Shown piece after piece: positions 35,304-48,189 of a stretch of 64,000 nucleotides of DNA. The stretch is taken from contig NC_086097.1 of assembly GCF_963921235.1 (NCBI RefSeq), forward strand, positions 226,302,001 to 226,366,000, given 5' to 3'. The translations under genes and the position numbers were made by a program. Every line of letters starts with the position of its first letter. The stretch's first letter is position 1. Below the pieces are notes generated by a model. The model made no database searches, was not told the DNA's origin, and worked only from the letters and a program-made list of their open reading frames with translations. Source of the stretch: Mobula hypostoma. Lineage: Eukaryota.

Positions 35304-36030
35304 TATATTATTATGTGTGTATGCACTAAAGAACTTCAGTTCTCAGTGTGAAATGAGTTCAGTTCGCCCGGAACCAGAAGTGACATTGGTGAACTGGTTA
35401 CATGCACTTATGTTGAGCTGAGACCATTTACTGTAAATAAATATCACAAGATCACAAGACGAAGGAGCAGAAGTAGGGCATTCGGCCCATCGAGTCTGCT
35501 CCGCAGCTCCCCCATGAGCTAAACTATTCACCCATCTAGTTCCAATTTCCGGTTTTTTCCCCATATCCCTTGATACCCTGACTAATTAGATACCTGTCAA
35601 TCTCCTCCTTAAACACCCTCAATGATCGGGCCTCCACAGCCATATGTGGCAACGAATTCCACAAATCCACGACCCTCTGGCTAAAAAAATTTCTCCTCAT
35701 CTCTGTTTTAACTGGGTACCCTCTAATTCTAAGACTGTGACCTCTTGTCCTGTACTCACCCACCAAGGGGAACAATCTTTCCACATCTACTCTGTCCAAC
35801 CCTTTCAACATTCGAAACGTTTCTATGAGATCCCCTCTCATTCTTCTATACTCTAATGAATACAGACGCTCCTCATATGTTAGCCCCTGCATTCCAGGAA
35901 TCATCCTCGTAAATCTTCTCTGAACTCTCTCCAACATCAGTATATCCTTTCTAAGATAGGGGGCCCAAAACTGCACATGTGTTAGTTTTACCCGCATTAA
36001 GCTTGCCTTTTATCAAGAACAAACAAAACA
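35304..36030 (+). repeat. 3' LTR interrupted by a CR1 fragment
   Basis: TTATTATGTGTGTA..GAACTTCAGTTCTCAGTGTG..GAACTGGTT..AAATAAATAT | TGTGTTAGTTTTAC..TTTTATCAAGAACAAACAAAACA. Confidence 0.88.
35445..35977 (-). mobile_element. CR1 3' fragment inserted in the 3' LTR
   Basis: VQFWAPYLRKDILMLERVQRRFTRMIPG..RRMRGDLIETF..WNSLP; (CACAAGA)n tail. Confidence 0.92.
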
Positions 36031-38698
36031 GCTGCCATTTCTTCTGTCAATCCCCTTTCTCTTCTTCTGCCTATTGTGACTATTCTCTGTCGAGAGGAAG
36101 TGCATATTCAGGAGTCTGACAGCAGCCACCATTTGATAATGTGCAATGGTACAAGGATAGAAGGCACAGTGGACTTTTGCAAGATGAATAAATTCTATCT
36201 GCTCACTTGGTGTCAACCATTCACAATAAGATATTGTACATAAACTCTGGATATTCAGGGAGTGAAATGCCTTGCCTTATCGAAACATTTTTTTTTGTTA
36301 CTCTTCCCAAAATGGTGTGGGTATAATCTTCTCTGAAATAGCCTCTAAGGATCCATCTACAAAAATTGCTTGCTGTTGCTTCTCAATGGACAAAAATATG
36401 GCTTCAGGTCATCTGGAGCAGGCAGCCTTCATGACAGAAGCAACAATGTGCTGCAAGTTTAAGTGAATACTAAGCTCACCAGGACCAACATAAAAAGAGG
36501 AAATTTCGGTCAATATCATCTTTACAGTCAGTGGAAATGTAGTCTTAGCCCTACTCTGTGAAGAATGTGATACGCGGTATTGAACATCACTTTGGAGAAC
36601 TGGAATCTCAGGACACATTGCTCCACATTAAGATGTCCAATGGAGAGCTTCACCGTGACCTCTCCTGTTGGATAACTTCTCTTGCCAGGAGTGCTTCTCC
36701 CCTGCCCTTTCTCCATTTTCTTGCAGGCTACTCTCATCCTCCTTGAGTCCAAGTGGTATAACCAACAAAGCACCCTACCTTGCAGCATCAGATTTTGTCC
36801 AAAGGCAGGAATGGAATCCTAACTTCACTTACTGAGACATCCTAAAGACTTCAGAAATTGTGCTAAGTCTTCCAAGCAATCATCATCACTTACTCAATAA
36901 TCCTGAGGATCAATTCCACAGACCAGTGAGAAATAAATGCCCTTTACATAGCCCAGATGTTGTGGGAATGGTAGGGGAAGCAATCCATTCTTGTTGACAA
37001 ACTGCAGGTCTATTCTACAATGACTGAGTCATGGGAAATGAGCTGCTGTATAAGGAACAATTTGGTAGCGCCGGTATTAAATTGGCACAAGACACAAAGC
37101 GACATTATAACCTACTGCCGTTACAAATTGCCAGTGTGCGTAAGCATTCCACTACCACTTTCATGCAGTGGAAAACACACTTAAAATATTTACATATGCA
37201 GGGCACATAAAATTTCATAGAACAAATTTTACCAACAGTGGAAAACAAAAGCAAGAGGATTATGCTACTCTATTATAATCAACAGTTTAGACCTGAGATA
37301 AAGCAGTGTAATGGGGCTAATTGGAAAGGACTTTCAAAGAGCCGATTTCTATATTATGATTCCCAATTACTTCTTGGGAACAGATTCCACAGTTCAAGGA
37401 AGACACAATATATACTGTGGGGAACTGGGCACAACTCAAGCTCATTTGTGGTGTACAGAGAAGGAAACTAATTGAGACTGAGTCCAATCGAAAGTGTAGA
37501 CATCATTCTTCATCACTATCAAAGTGCACTTTGGGTGGGATCAAAGAGGAGAATTCAGAACTTAAAAGTAAATATTCAGATGGCAAAACAAGAAGAGGGT
37601 CAAATTCAATTGAATCTGACACATTGCATTCTAAAGCATTTGTTGGCAAGGATTCTCTGCGACCTGTTGTGTCTTGCATTACATGCTGTATTCACCAGGA
37701 CGGCAGTGGTTGTCTGTCGAATCTGATGATGACAGGAAACCCGTGCGAGAGAGTTTTTAAAGCGGAAGAGCTGTTGATCCGGGGGCAGTTCCTCTCTCTC
37801 AAACTCCAAAGTCCGGGTCCAGTGATACGAGTAGTCATCACAACTGGGGTCTTCCTTGGTTGCAGTGGATGACCATGACTTCTTCTGTACCTCATCATGC
37901 CTTTTGCTCTCCATAGAACATTGCAGAACCGCCTTCCTGAGCACCTGGGCAAATCAGAGTGTTGTCAGGTAAATACCAGTGTGAAAACTATATGAGGGCA
38001 GCCAGGTTAGTGGTGGGGCTAGTTCAGAAGAGCATCACTTCAGTACTACAGCTTGAATGTTGCCTGGTCCCATCATCCTTGCAGTACCCAGTGCTCTCTC
38101 AGCCATTCCTTCAGATCATGTGGAGTGGATAAAATTTTCTTATGATCTCAGGAGAAAACTCATATGGACCATCTATTCAGGTGAATATGCTTGCATAGAC
38201 CATAAAACAACAATACTTTGGAGCAGAATTAGGCTCTCAGCCCATCAAGTCAGCTCGTAAATGTTTTAACATTGTCTTTGCTGCTCACATGCTGGGCCCT
38301 ACTACCTCTGAGGATAAGGATATTTTTGGACCTGCATTACTCCCAGTAAATAGTTAACTGTCCACCATTATTTACAACTAGATGTAGCAAGACTCTAGTG
38401 GAACTTTGATCTGCGCCATTACTTATACGTTCATTAGCTCTGTCTACTGCACCGTGTCTTTACTGTTTATCTCACAAGTAGTCCTTAACTTTGGAGTTTA
38501 ACCACTTTGACACCTCATTTTTTTGCTACGCCTGGCACTTTTCCAGCTGTACTCTTCAACACTTCTCATTAAGATGGAGTTGATTCCTGAGCTTGATTGT
38601 AAAGGTAGATGAAGTGGTATGATGAACCATGAAGTTACAGGCTGCGGTTGAAGGTATTTTTGCTATAAGCCAAGGAGGACAGTACCTCATAAATCATA

Positions 38699-39146
38699 GA
38701 CACCAGAGATCCTGCAGATGCTGGAAATCCACACATAAAATGATGGATGAACTCAACAGATCAGATAGCATCTATGGAGTAGAGCAAAAAGTCGACTTTT
38801 CGGGCTGAGACTCTTCCCAACTTCCCTGTGCTTGATCTATAGGAGATGACTAACCCTGTCCTGGTACTTACTGGAAATGATTAAACTGAGCCCTGGTGAA
38901 CCCTCTATCTCCAAAAGAAATTTATGTGATTTTTCATCCAAATTTCCTACCTTCCCCAAACACCCCCCCCCCACCGTCCCCGTTCTTTTCCCCTTTCTCC
39001 CATGATCCTCTGTATTCTGGTGTCTTCCGGTTTCCTTTTCAGTCCTGTAGAAGAGTCTCGGCCTGAAATGTTGACTGTTTATTCATTTTCAAAGATGCTG
39101 CCCGACCTGCTGAGTTCCTGCAGCATTTTGTGTATGTTGCTCTGGT
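38699..39146. repeat. Inverted pair of Penelope terminal repeats separated by ~200 bp
   Basis: Left arm CTGCAGATGCTGGAAATCC..GTCGACTTTTCGGGCTGAGACTCTTC; right arm CAGTCCTGTAGAAGAGTCTCGGCCTGAAATGTTGACTG..CAGCATTTTGTGT. Confidence 0.75.
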
Positions 39147-39368
39147 ATGTACTCCTTCAAGATTTCAAATGGAAACCATTCAAATTCTTGATGATCAATG
39201 AACAATCTCAGGAAAGCATGTATTTTTTCTGAAGTTCATTTTGAACTACATCTTAAACGTTTGGTTACTTAGAGTACCATGGTGGAGAGTTAATTTTCCC
39301 CTTTATTTTGAAACCATGAAAACATTAATTTTGCATTTCAAATTTACTCTAACTTTTATAAGACTTTC

Positions 39369-39830
39369 CAAGTTCAAAGTAAATTTATTATCGAAGCACT
39401 TAAATGTCACGATATACTTCCCTGAGATTCAGTTACTTGCAGACTTTCACAGTAATTACAAAGAAAATCAATAGAATCAATGAAAAACTACACACAAACA
39501 AAGATGGACAAACAACCGATGTATAAAAGACAACAAATTGTGCAAATACAAAAATAATAACACAATGATAGATAGACATTGAGAACGTGAGTTGTAGGAA
39601 CCTTGAAAGTGAGTCCATAGTTTCTGGAATCAGTTCAGTGTTGGGTTGAGTGAAGTTATCCACTCTGTTTCAGAATCCTGATGGTTGAGGGATAATAAAT
39701 GTTACTGAACTGGGGGTGTGGGACGGAAGAATCCTGTACCTTTTCCCAATGGCAGCAGTGAGAAGAGAGCACGGCCTGGATGGTGGGAGTTCTTGGTGAT
39801 GGATTCTGCTTTCCTCCAACAGTGATCTTT
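39369..39830 (-). mobile_element. Rex1/Babar-like 3' end
   Basis: Homologous to 25943-26480; RKAESITKNSHHPGRALFSLLPLGK. Confidence 0.75.
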
Positions 39831-39959
39831 GTAGAACATAGGACATAGGAGAAGAATTTGGCCATTCAGACCCTCAAGTCTGCTTCGCCATTCCATCGTG
39901 GGTGATTATTATCCCACACAACTCCATTCTCCTGCCTTCTTTCCATAACCTTTTACATG

Positions 39960-40907
39960 GATGATGGGATTGATGGCTTTGTGGTCAAGTTTGTGGCTGA
40001 TTCAAAGTTAGGCGAAGGGACAGCTGGGTCTGAGGAAGTAGAGAGGCTACAGGAGGACTTAGACAGATTAGGAGACTGGGCAAAGAAATGGCAGATGGAA
40101 CACAGGTTTGGGAAACATATGGTCATGCATTTTGGTAGAAGAAATAAAAGCATAGACTATTTTCTAAATGGTGAGGAAATCCGAGAAAATTCAAAAATCT
40201 GAGATGCAAAGGGACATGGGAGTACTCGTGCAGGATTCCCTAAAGATTAATTTGCAGATTGAATCTGTGGTGAAGAACTCAAACTTGATGTTAGCATTCA
40301 TTTCAAAAGGACTAAAGTATGAAAGTAAAGATGTAATGTTGAAGCTTTTAAAGCACTGTTAAGGCCTCACTTGGAGTATTGTGAGCAGTTTGGGGCCCCT
40401 TCTCTAAGAAAGATGTGTTGAAATTGGAGAGGGCTCAAAGAAGGTTTACAAAAATAATTCCAGGGTTGAACAGCTTGTCATATGAGGAGCCTTTGCTGGC
40501 TCTGGTCCTCAATTCACTGGAATTCAGAAGAAAGAGAGGTGACCTCATTGAACCTAGCGAATGTTGAAAGTCCTCGACAGAGTGGATGTGGACAGGATGT
40601 TTCCTCTGGTGGGAGAGTTTAAGACCAGAGGACACAGCCTCAGAATAGAGAGTCGTCATTTTAGAATGGAGAAGAAGAGAAATTTCCTTAGCCAGAGAGT
40701 GGTGAATCTGTCGAATTCATTGCCACACGTGACTGGGTATATTTAAGGCAGAGATTGACAGATTCTTGATTAGTCAGGTCACGAAGGATACAGGAAGAAG
40801 ACAGTAGACTGGGGCTGAGGGGGAAAAGGGATTAGTCATGATGAAATAGCAGAACAGACTTGATAGCCCAAATAGCCTAATTCTGCAATTTATGGTCTTA
40901 TGTTCTT
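39960..40907 (+). mobile_element. CR1 RT 3' fragment nested in opposite orientation
   Basis: KFVADSKLG..LQEDLDRLGDWAKKWQM; imperfect 15-bp TSD ATAACCTTTTACATG (39945-39959) / ATAATCTTTGACATG (40908-40922). Confidence 0.88.
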
Positions 40908-41282
40908 ATAATCTTTGACATGCCCCCTTTTAATCAAGAACCTATGAACCTCTGCTTTTAATAAGCACATTGACTTGGCCTCCACCGCCATCTGTAGTAA
41001 CAAATTCCACAGCTTCACCAGGACTAAAGAAATTCCTCCTCATCTCTGGTCTAAATGGACACCCCTGTATTCTGAAGCTATGTCACAATAGGAAACATTC
41101 TCTCCACATCCCCTCTATCTAGGCCTTTTAATATTCGATAGGCTTCAATGAGATCCCCCTCATTCTTCTAAGCTGCAACAAGTAAGGCCCAGAGTCATTA
41201 AAGGCTCTTCATAATTTAAGTCATTTTTTCTCAGAATCATTCTAATGAGCTTCCTCTAGATCATATCGAATGCCAGCACATA

Positions 41283-41995
41283 TAACCATATAACAATTAC
41301 AGCACGGAAACAGGCAATCTCGGCCCTTCTAGTCTGTGCTGAAGGCTTACTCTCACCTAGTCCCACCAACCTGCCCTCAGCCCATAACCCTCCATTCTTT
41401 TCCTGTCCATATGTCTATCCAATTTAACTTTAAACGACAACATCGAACCTGCCTCAACCACTTCTGCTGGAAGCTCGTTCCACACAGCTACCACTCTCTG
41501 CATAAAGAAGTTCCCCCTCATGTTACCCCTAAACTTTTGCCCTTTAACTCTCAACTCATGTACTTTTGTTTGAATCTCCCCTACTCTTAATGGAAAAAGC
41601 CTATCCACGTCAACCCTATCCATCCCCCTCATAATTTTATATACCTCTATCAAGTCCCCCCTCAACCTTCTACACTCCAAAGAATAAAGACCCAACTTGT
41701 TCAACCTTTCTCAGTAACTTAGGTGATGAAACCCAGCTAACATTCTAGTAAATCTTCTCTGTACTCTTTCTATTTTGTTGATATCTTTCCTATAATTCAG
41801 TGATCAGAACTGTACACAATACTCCAAATTTGGCCTTACCAATGCCTTGTACAATTTTAACATTATATCCCAACTCCTATACACAATGCCCTGGTTTATA
41901 AAGGCCAGCATACTAACAGCCTTTTTCACCAAACCAAAAGCTTTCTTCACTATACCAAAAGCTTTCTTCACCAATACCAAAAGCTTTCTTCACCA
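41283..41995 (-). mobile_element. CR1 3' fragment (nested)
   Basis: LGLYSLECRRLRGDLIEVYKIMRG..WNELPAEVVEAGS; (ATAACC)n tail. Confidence 0.88.
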
Positions 41996-42811
41996 TCTTT
42001 CATCGTCTTAGATAAGTGGCCTAAAACTGCTCACAAAACTCCATGTGCGGTCTGACTAATGCCTCAGCGTTACATCCTTCCTTTTATCTTCTAGTGCTAA
42101 CATTGCATTTGCCTTCCTTACCATTGACTCAACCTGCAAATTAACCTTTGGGGAGTCCTGCACAAAGGCTTCCAAATCACTTTGCACCTCTAATTTTTTG
42201 AATTTTCTCTCTGCTCAGAAAATAGTCTACACTTTTATTCCTTCCACCAAAGTGCATGATTGTACACTTCCCTACACTATATTCCATCAGACAATTCTTT
42301 GCCTATTTCCCTAATCTGTCTAAGTCCTTGTTGACATATAACATGAAAAGGAACACTCCCAACACTGAGCCCTGCAGAACAATCAACCAGAATAGGTCCC
42401 TTTACTCTGATTCTTTGCCTCCTGCCAGTCAGCCAATCTTCTATCTATTCTAGAATCTTTACTGTAATACAATAGGCTCTTATCTGGTTAAGCAGCCTCA
42501 TTTGTGGCACCTTGTCAAAAGCCTTCTGAAAATCCAAATAAACAACCTCCACTGACTCTCCTTTATCTATCCTGTCTGCTATTTCCCCAAATAATTCCAA
42601 TGAATTTGACAGGCAAAATTTCCCCTCATAGAAACCAGGCCGACTTTGTTCTACCTTATCATGTGCCTCCAAGCACCCTGAAACCTCAACTTCAGTAATG
42701 GACTCCAACACTTTCCAACCATTGAAGTCAGACTGACTGGCCTATAATTTCTTTTCTTGTGCCTCCCTCACTTCTTAAAGAGCAGAGTGACATTTGCAAT
42801 TTCCCAGTGCT

Positions 42812-43165
42812 CAACAGTGGGGTGGGGTGGGGTTACTTGTGATGGATTGGTCTGTGTCCACTATTTTTGCAGGTTTTTCCATTCAAAGACATTGGTGTTT
42901 CCATACCCAGGCTGTGATGCAGCCAGTTGGAATACTCTCCACCATGCATGTATAAAGATTTGTCAATGTTTTAGATGACATGCCCAATCTTTATAAGGAA
43001 GTAGAGGCGCTGCCACACTTGTTTCATAATGGCACTTACGTGCTGAACCCAGGACAGATCCTTTGAAATGATAACACCAAGCAATTTAAAGTTGCTGACC
43101 CTCTCTGCCTCTGAAGCCCTGATGAGGACAGGCTCCTGGACTTCTGGTTTCCTCCTCCTGCACTC
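42812..43165 (-). mobile_element. Rex1/Babar-like RT fragment
   Basis: ERVSNFKLLGVIISKDLSWVQHVSAIMKQVWQRLYFL. Confidence 0.75.
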
Positions 43166-44149
43166 TTTCATGGTCTGTCAGTCATTTTACTGTATGTGTA
43201 ACTCCTAATCATGGTAGCTCACTATTTAAGTGTTAAATTTGTATTGACTAGCTTGGATTTAGTCATGCTAATTCATAGATTCTGAACTATGTCCTCTGCA
43301 ATGCTGTTTTGTATTTTTGAGTTGAGATAGCAACTGAGTTAAATGCTGAAGTTGTTGTCAGAGGAGCTCATTTAAATTAATAACTTTGCTGCATTTAATT
43401 AGTTCCATAAAGTACACTTGTCTTGAAAGTGCTAACTGTTGTCCAACTGGAGAAAAAAAATACGATTTGTTCATTTTCGCCCCAACATCAGAGTTGTAAC
43501 AGAAACAGTCGGGTGGGCACATCAGAACAAAATACTGTAAGTACGGGCTTAATAACTTCTGTTATTGATGTCTGTGCCTGTAGGAATAGCAAGACCTTGT
43601 ATATTCTGGAAAGCTTTTCGTTTTAACCAGCTTGGAAGCCGAGGTAGAACAGCATCAGAGCTCGAAGTTGCTCTGCCTGCGCCTGTCAGAGAGAGCAGCC
43701 ATTAATTTTCTGGCTACTTGGTTCTTTCAGGCACCAGCAGATGATTTATTTTCTTGTATATAAGATAAGGCACCATGTCCACCTGCATTCAAGAGGTGAC
43801 GGATGCAGTATTCCAGAAGACTCACAGGACCATCCATTTCAAAAATAAAATAGTGGATAAGAAACAATTACAGCATCATGCAAAGTAGTAGATTTTTTTT
43901 AAAGTTTACTGCATCCTGCATGCTGTAATTATTCAAAGAATCATTCACCAGGGTATTAATGAAGAACATCCTAAGACATGTCAATTTACAAGCTAAATAT
44001 GTGCTACAAGAGAAGTTTGTTGAGTAAATGCATTCTTCTTTTAATTGAGGGAGTCACAGGTGCCAGTGCAGTTGCAGGCATCTTGTATACCGCACTGTAT
44101 CCATTTTATCGGATCCAAACTTAGCCAATTGTCAAACGGTAAGGGCAAG

Positions 44150-44725
44150 CATTGTGCCATTACTGTCTGGTTTGGTGCAGCATCCTCTCACTATATAGAA
44201 AAACCACAGCGAACTGTCAGGGCAGCAGTAAAGCTCATTGACTGCAGTCTACCATCACTGCGGGACTTGTACGTGACCAGAACAAAGAAGCAGGCAGAAA
44301 AATCTTTGTGGGTACTACCCACCCAACAAATCGCCTTTTCCTAAAAGGGCTATTATAACAAAACCTTCACACCACCTTAAAAGTTTCTTCCTACAGGCAG
44401 TTAATCTAATCAACCATTGTAGTGCGCATCTCCACCTATCCCAACAACAACCCCCCCAACCCATCTATTACCTCAGTCACTGCACTGCATTGTATTTTAA
44501 ATCACTTTTCGTAGTGCTTTTTTTAAATTTGAAAATGCATGCTAGTATTTATGTATTTACAGCATACAAATTTTATTCCATATCAGTACTTCTAACATTA
44601 CTTTACATAATTCTTTATTCTGTATAATTGTTGAAAGTTGCTTTTAGTTGCACGCCACACCAACACACCACTGCAAATTCCTAATACATATAAATGCATA
44701 TGATGAATAATGTTGATCTTAATCC
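44150..44725 (+). mobile_element. Rex1/Babar-like 3' fragment
   Basis: AITVWFGAAS..QRTVRAAVKLIDCSLPSLRDLY; tail AATAA..(GATCTT)n-like. Confidence 0.7.
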
Positions 44726-45326
44726 TTCATCCTAATGCCACCAAGTGAATTCTATAAAATCCTTTATCCATTAATTCCATGTAAAGACAAGTACATTGGA
44801 AAATCAGGAATATTCATTGTTGGCTGGTTTCATGGATGTTGTATACTATAAAGTGACTCTTAGGAACATGCTTGTGTCCACTTTATTTAGTCATCATGTG
44901 ACAATGTATACTTCCCACTGCACTTTGAGAAGTGCTTTCTTGGCCATTTCTGACCGCAGTTCCACTGAAGCAAGTTCACAGATGCAATTTGGATTGTGAG
45001 TGTTGTGAGATAAACATCAGAATGTCCCAAGCTGTGTTGGCAGAATAGTACTTCAATCAGATTTATTACCTGAACTATCCAATTCTAAGGTTAAATATCT
45101 GATTTGCATTCTGTGTCCTAAGCACTTCTCTAATTTGGACTTGACAAACCTTCCTTCACAATTCACTTCATTTTTGTCAAGATCTTCATGTTCAGATTGT
45201 AAAATTGATTGGATAATTTACTTCATTTTGAATTTAGCAGTTAGAGTTCTTAATACAGACAGTCTTTACACCTCTGAAATACTGGCACTTATCATAGCTG
45301 TAACATTAAATCTTATTTACATCTTA

Positions 45327-45458
45327 AACATGAGAAGACTGCAGATGCTGGAAATCCAAAGCAACACACACAAAATGCAGGAGGAACTCAGCAGGCAGCA
45401 TCTTTGTAAATGAATAAACATTTGACATTTCAGGCTGAGATCCTTCCTCAGGACTGAA
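45327..45458 (-). mobile_element. Short Penelope-terminal-repeat element with hammerhead core at ~45419-45456
   Basis: Minus strand CAGTC-CTGAGGA-AGG(ATCTCAG)CCT-GAAA-TGTC-AAATG; core intact, stem I damaged. Confidence 0.8.
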
Positions 45459-46199
45459 ATTCTTTGATATTCTTCATTGCAAGCATACTTCATGACAGCA
45501 TGTGCGTCAGAAAGAAAGTTGTTCCTAAATGCTAAGGTTAACTTCCCTGCTAAAATTTAGTCCAATGACTTTCATTATTCTCACCTTAAAAGAGTTTCAG
45601 CTAGCAGGTTTCCCTGGAGTTTTGTTGTTTATCATTAAAGCAGAACTCAATGGTTTCAACTGCATCACCTTTAGCATGACCACTCGCTTCACCGGACATT
45701 AGGACATTTGTGACGAAGTTGAAATGGTACTTGCCAACCTTTCCCTTAACATCTTTGTTTCGATACAGTTAATGGTGTTCTTCCCAAAGAATTGTCCCTC
45801 ACAGGCACCATATGGTGTTCAACAGGTAGCTCTGAGTCTGACTCTATCTCTATCTCTGTATGGTTCATCACAACCATTCCCAAGACTTGTGGTATCTTCT
45901 TCTTTGTGTGCTTGCAGAAATAATTTAAAATAAAACGATGTCATACATACTTTTCCCATACATATCATCTTTTTTTCAGCTGCCCCATGTTGCCATCCAC
46001 AATGCTTGCCAAATCAAACTCATATTAGTCATTAATTCTCCTGTCCTTCATCTTGTGCAGCATTTCACTGCATGTACTTGCTTCACACATTCAGATTTAC
46101 ACTTGGACCATCAAGTCTATCCCACCTTTCAAATGAATCACATGAATGCCATTTCTCCATTTATTTCCATGTAGCCTGTTGCCTTTCACATGCTCATCA

Positions 46200-46436
46200 A
46201 CTCCTCCCTGATCCCCTGTCCACCCAGCTACATTAAGGGTACTTAGTTGCCAGTTAACCTACCATCACCTGTTTTGGGGTGTGGAAGGAAACTAGAGCGC
46301 TTGGAGAAAGCCACTTGGTAACAGGAAGAACATGAAAACTCCTCACATACAGTGCACCACCAGAGGTCGGAACTGAAACCAGATCCCTGGAGCTGGAACT
46401 CAGCAGGAACCTCTGTTGTGCCATACTTGCACTGGC
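46200..46436 (-). mobile_element. tRNA-derived SINE (old)
   Basis: GTGGAAGGAAACTAGAGC..GAAGAACATGAAAACTCC..ACTGAAACCAG; same layout as 63075-63335. Confidence 0.65.
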
Positions 46437-46859
46437 CATCCAATATTTCTAAACTGACTTTGCAGAGTGCTGATGCTTTGCGCGTTTTGTCTGTACTTTT
46501 CCAAAGCTAACTGTCAGTTAGTTGCTGTTCTTTTGGACTAAATTCTAGATCAACACAAGCTACTCGACCTGCACTGCCTAATTCCTTTCTGGGAAAATAG
46601 GTAAGATTCAGATACGAAGTCTAAATTTCTTAATTATATTAATCTGCACTTCCACAATTATGTATCAGTATCTCCTTCTCAGTGATACTGGAGAGTAAAC
46701 AGTAAGTTAAGCTAACAAAGCGTCTTATTAAATAAAGTTCTTATGGAGAGGGTGAGCATTTCTTTTCTTGTATGCTTATTCTCACAAGTGCAACCAGTTT
46801 CAGACAGTTCAACACTCACAGTTCAGCTTTCACATGTGTGGGGAATGATACATGCCTCA

Positions 46860-46962
46860 GCAGCAACACACACAAAACGCTGGAGGAACTCAGCAGGCTA
46901 GGCAGCATCTACGGAAAAGAGTACAATCGGACATTTCAGGTTGAAACCCTTTGGCAGGACTG
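46860..46962 (-). mobile_element. Short Penelope-terminal-repeat element, degenerate hammerhead
   Basis: GCAACACACACAAAACGCTGGAGGAACTCAGCAGG..TTTCAGGTTGAAACCCTTTGGCAGGACTG; possible TSD TGCCTCAGCAG / TGTCTCAGTAG. Confidence 0.8.
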
Positions 46963-47379
46963 TCTCAGTAGTCCTTCTTATGTACTTGACAAAGCTTTTA
47001 ATTCATTTATGTTGAAGTGGTCCACTTTGTCTGTCATATACATGACCAGCAGATGGATCTCTGGGAACAAGCTTAATCCTGGGGCAAATGACTCCTCATT
47101 CCTGTGGAAGCTCCTGGAAGTTCAGGAAAACAAAAAATATGGCCAGAGACATGGAGCAATCATGAACGTCATGCAGACTACAACCAACATCTCCAACCAA
47201 AGTCTGCGTCAAAGGGCACCCTTCATTGCAGAGGAAATCAGTCACTTTGTTATTGGTTGCTGATCCTGCCACAAAAGGCTTTAGCCCATGTCCACTGTAC
47301 AAATGTGTGAGTAGGAGGACCAGCAGTAACAAGGGCACAGTGTGAAACACTGAAGGACACCCTCTTTATTTATTGTGTT

Positions 47380-47800
47380 AAAGTCTAGTCACCTCATAAT
47401 AGGAAGGAAGTGGAACATTTAGAGAGCATGCAGAGGAGATTTACCACAATGCTGCCTGCATGAGAGAGCATGACTTATATGGAAAGGTTGAGTGAGCTAG
47501 GGCTTTTCTCTTTGGAGTGAAGGGAGGTGAGGCTGATTAAGAGGTGTAATGGAGTGGAAAGCCAGCGCTTTTTTTTTTTACCCAGAGCAGCAACAGCTAA
47601 TACAAAACTGCATAATTTTACAATGATTGGAGGAAAGCATAGGGAGATGCTGGAGATAGGTCTTATACACAAAGAATGGTGAGTGCATGGAACGCACTAC
47701 AAGTGGTGATGGTAAAGGCATATACATTAGGGGAATTTAAAACACAATTACAGAGGCACATGGATGAAAGAAAAACGGAGGGAAGTAGTAGACTAATCCT
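47380..47800 (+). mobile_element. Old CR1 3' fragment
   Basis: CAGAGGAGATTTACCACAATGCTGCCT..GGGCTTTTCTCTTTGGAG..GCATGGAACGCACT. Confidence 0.7.
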
Positions 47801-48189
47801 GGAGCTGTGAAAAGTTTGGCATGACATAAGATGTAGGAGCAGAATTAGGACATTTGACCACTGAGTCTGCTCTTCCATGTCATCATGGCTGATCCAATTT
47901 TCCTCTCAGCCCCAGTCCCCTACCTTCTTCCCATATCCCTACATCCCTTCGTGCCCATGGTATCATGGGCTGAAAGGCCCGCACTGTGCTGTACTGTTTT
48001 ACATCCTAAATTTTAGGTTCGTCTACTGTCAGGATGCACTCAGCTCCTTGCAGTTTGGATAAGGATCCCCTCTACACTGCACAAATGGGGGCCTCAGTCA
48101 GGAGCAGATCCAGTATCTGAACGTAAGAAAATGTTGCCTCTTCTTTTGATGCCACGTATAGTACTTCATAAGGTAAAACTTCATTTTAA

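Larger units (their letters stand above)
31357..36030 (+). mobile_element. Gypsy-like LTR retrotransposon provirus (two LTRs, gag relic, pol missing, three nested insertions)
   Basis: Direct repeats 31357-31549 and 35304-36030; 5-bp TSD GCTGC at 31352-31356 and 36031-36035; PBS after 5' LTR; purine-rich AAAGAGTAAAGA before 3' LTR; Gag peptides. Confidence 0.9.
39833..42810 (-). mobile_element. Old CR1 (RT to 3' tail) split by two younger CR1 insertions
   Basis: Tail at 39833; segments 40908-41282 and 41996-42810 (VVYLDFQKAFDKVPQMRLL). Confidence 0.8.

Noticed and set aside
37714..37746. CTGATGA..GAAAC as another hammerhead
   Set aside because: Only 6 nt (TGACAG) lie between the core boxes, so stem II cannot form, and there is no NUH triplet with a matching stem I.
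37417..37952. Overlapping 80-150 aa ORFs on both strands
   Set aside because: No domain signature; the region looks like an unclassified interspersed repeat, so the ORFs are probably chance.
41910..41994. CRISPR-like repeat array
   Set aside because: Units are contiguous with no spacers, the context is eukaryotic, and there are no cas genes.
46772..47263. 163-aa ORF as a host exon
   Set aside because: It runs through an antisense Penelope repeat and shows no recognisable domain.
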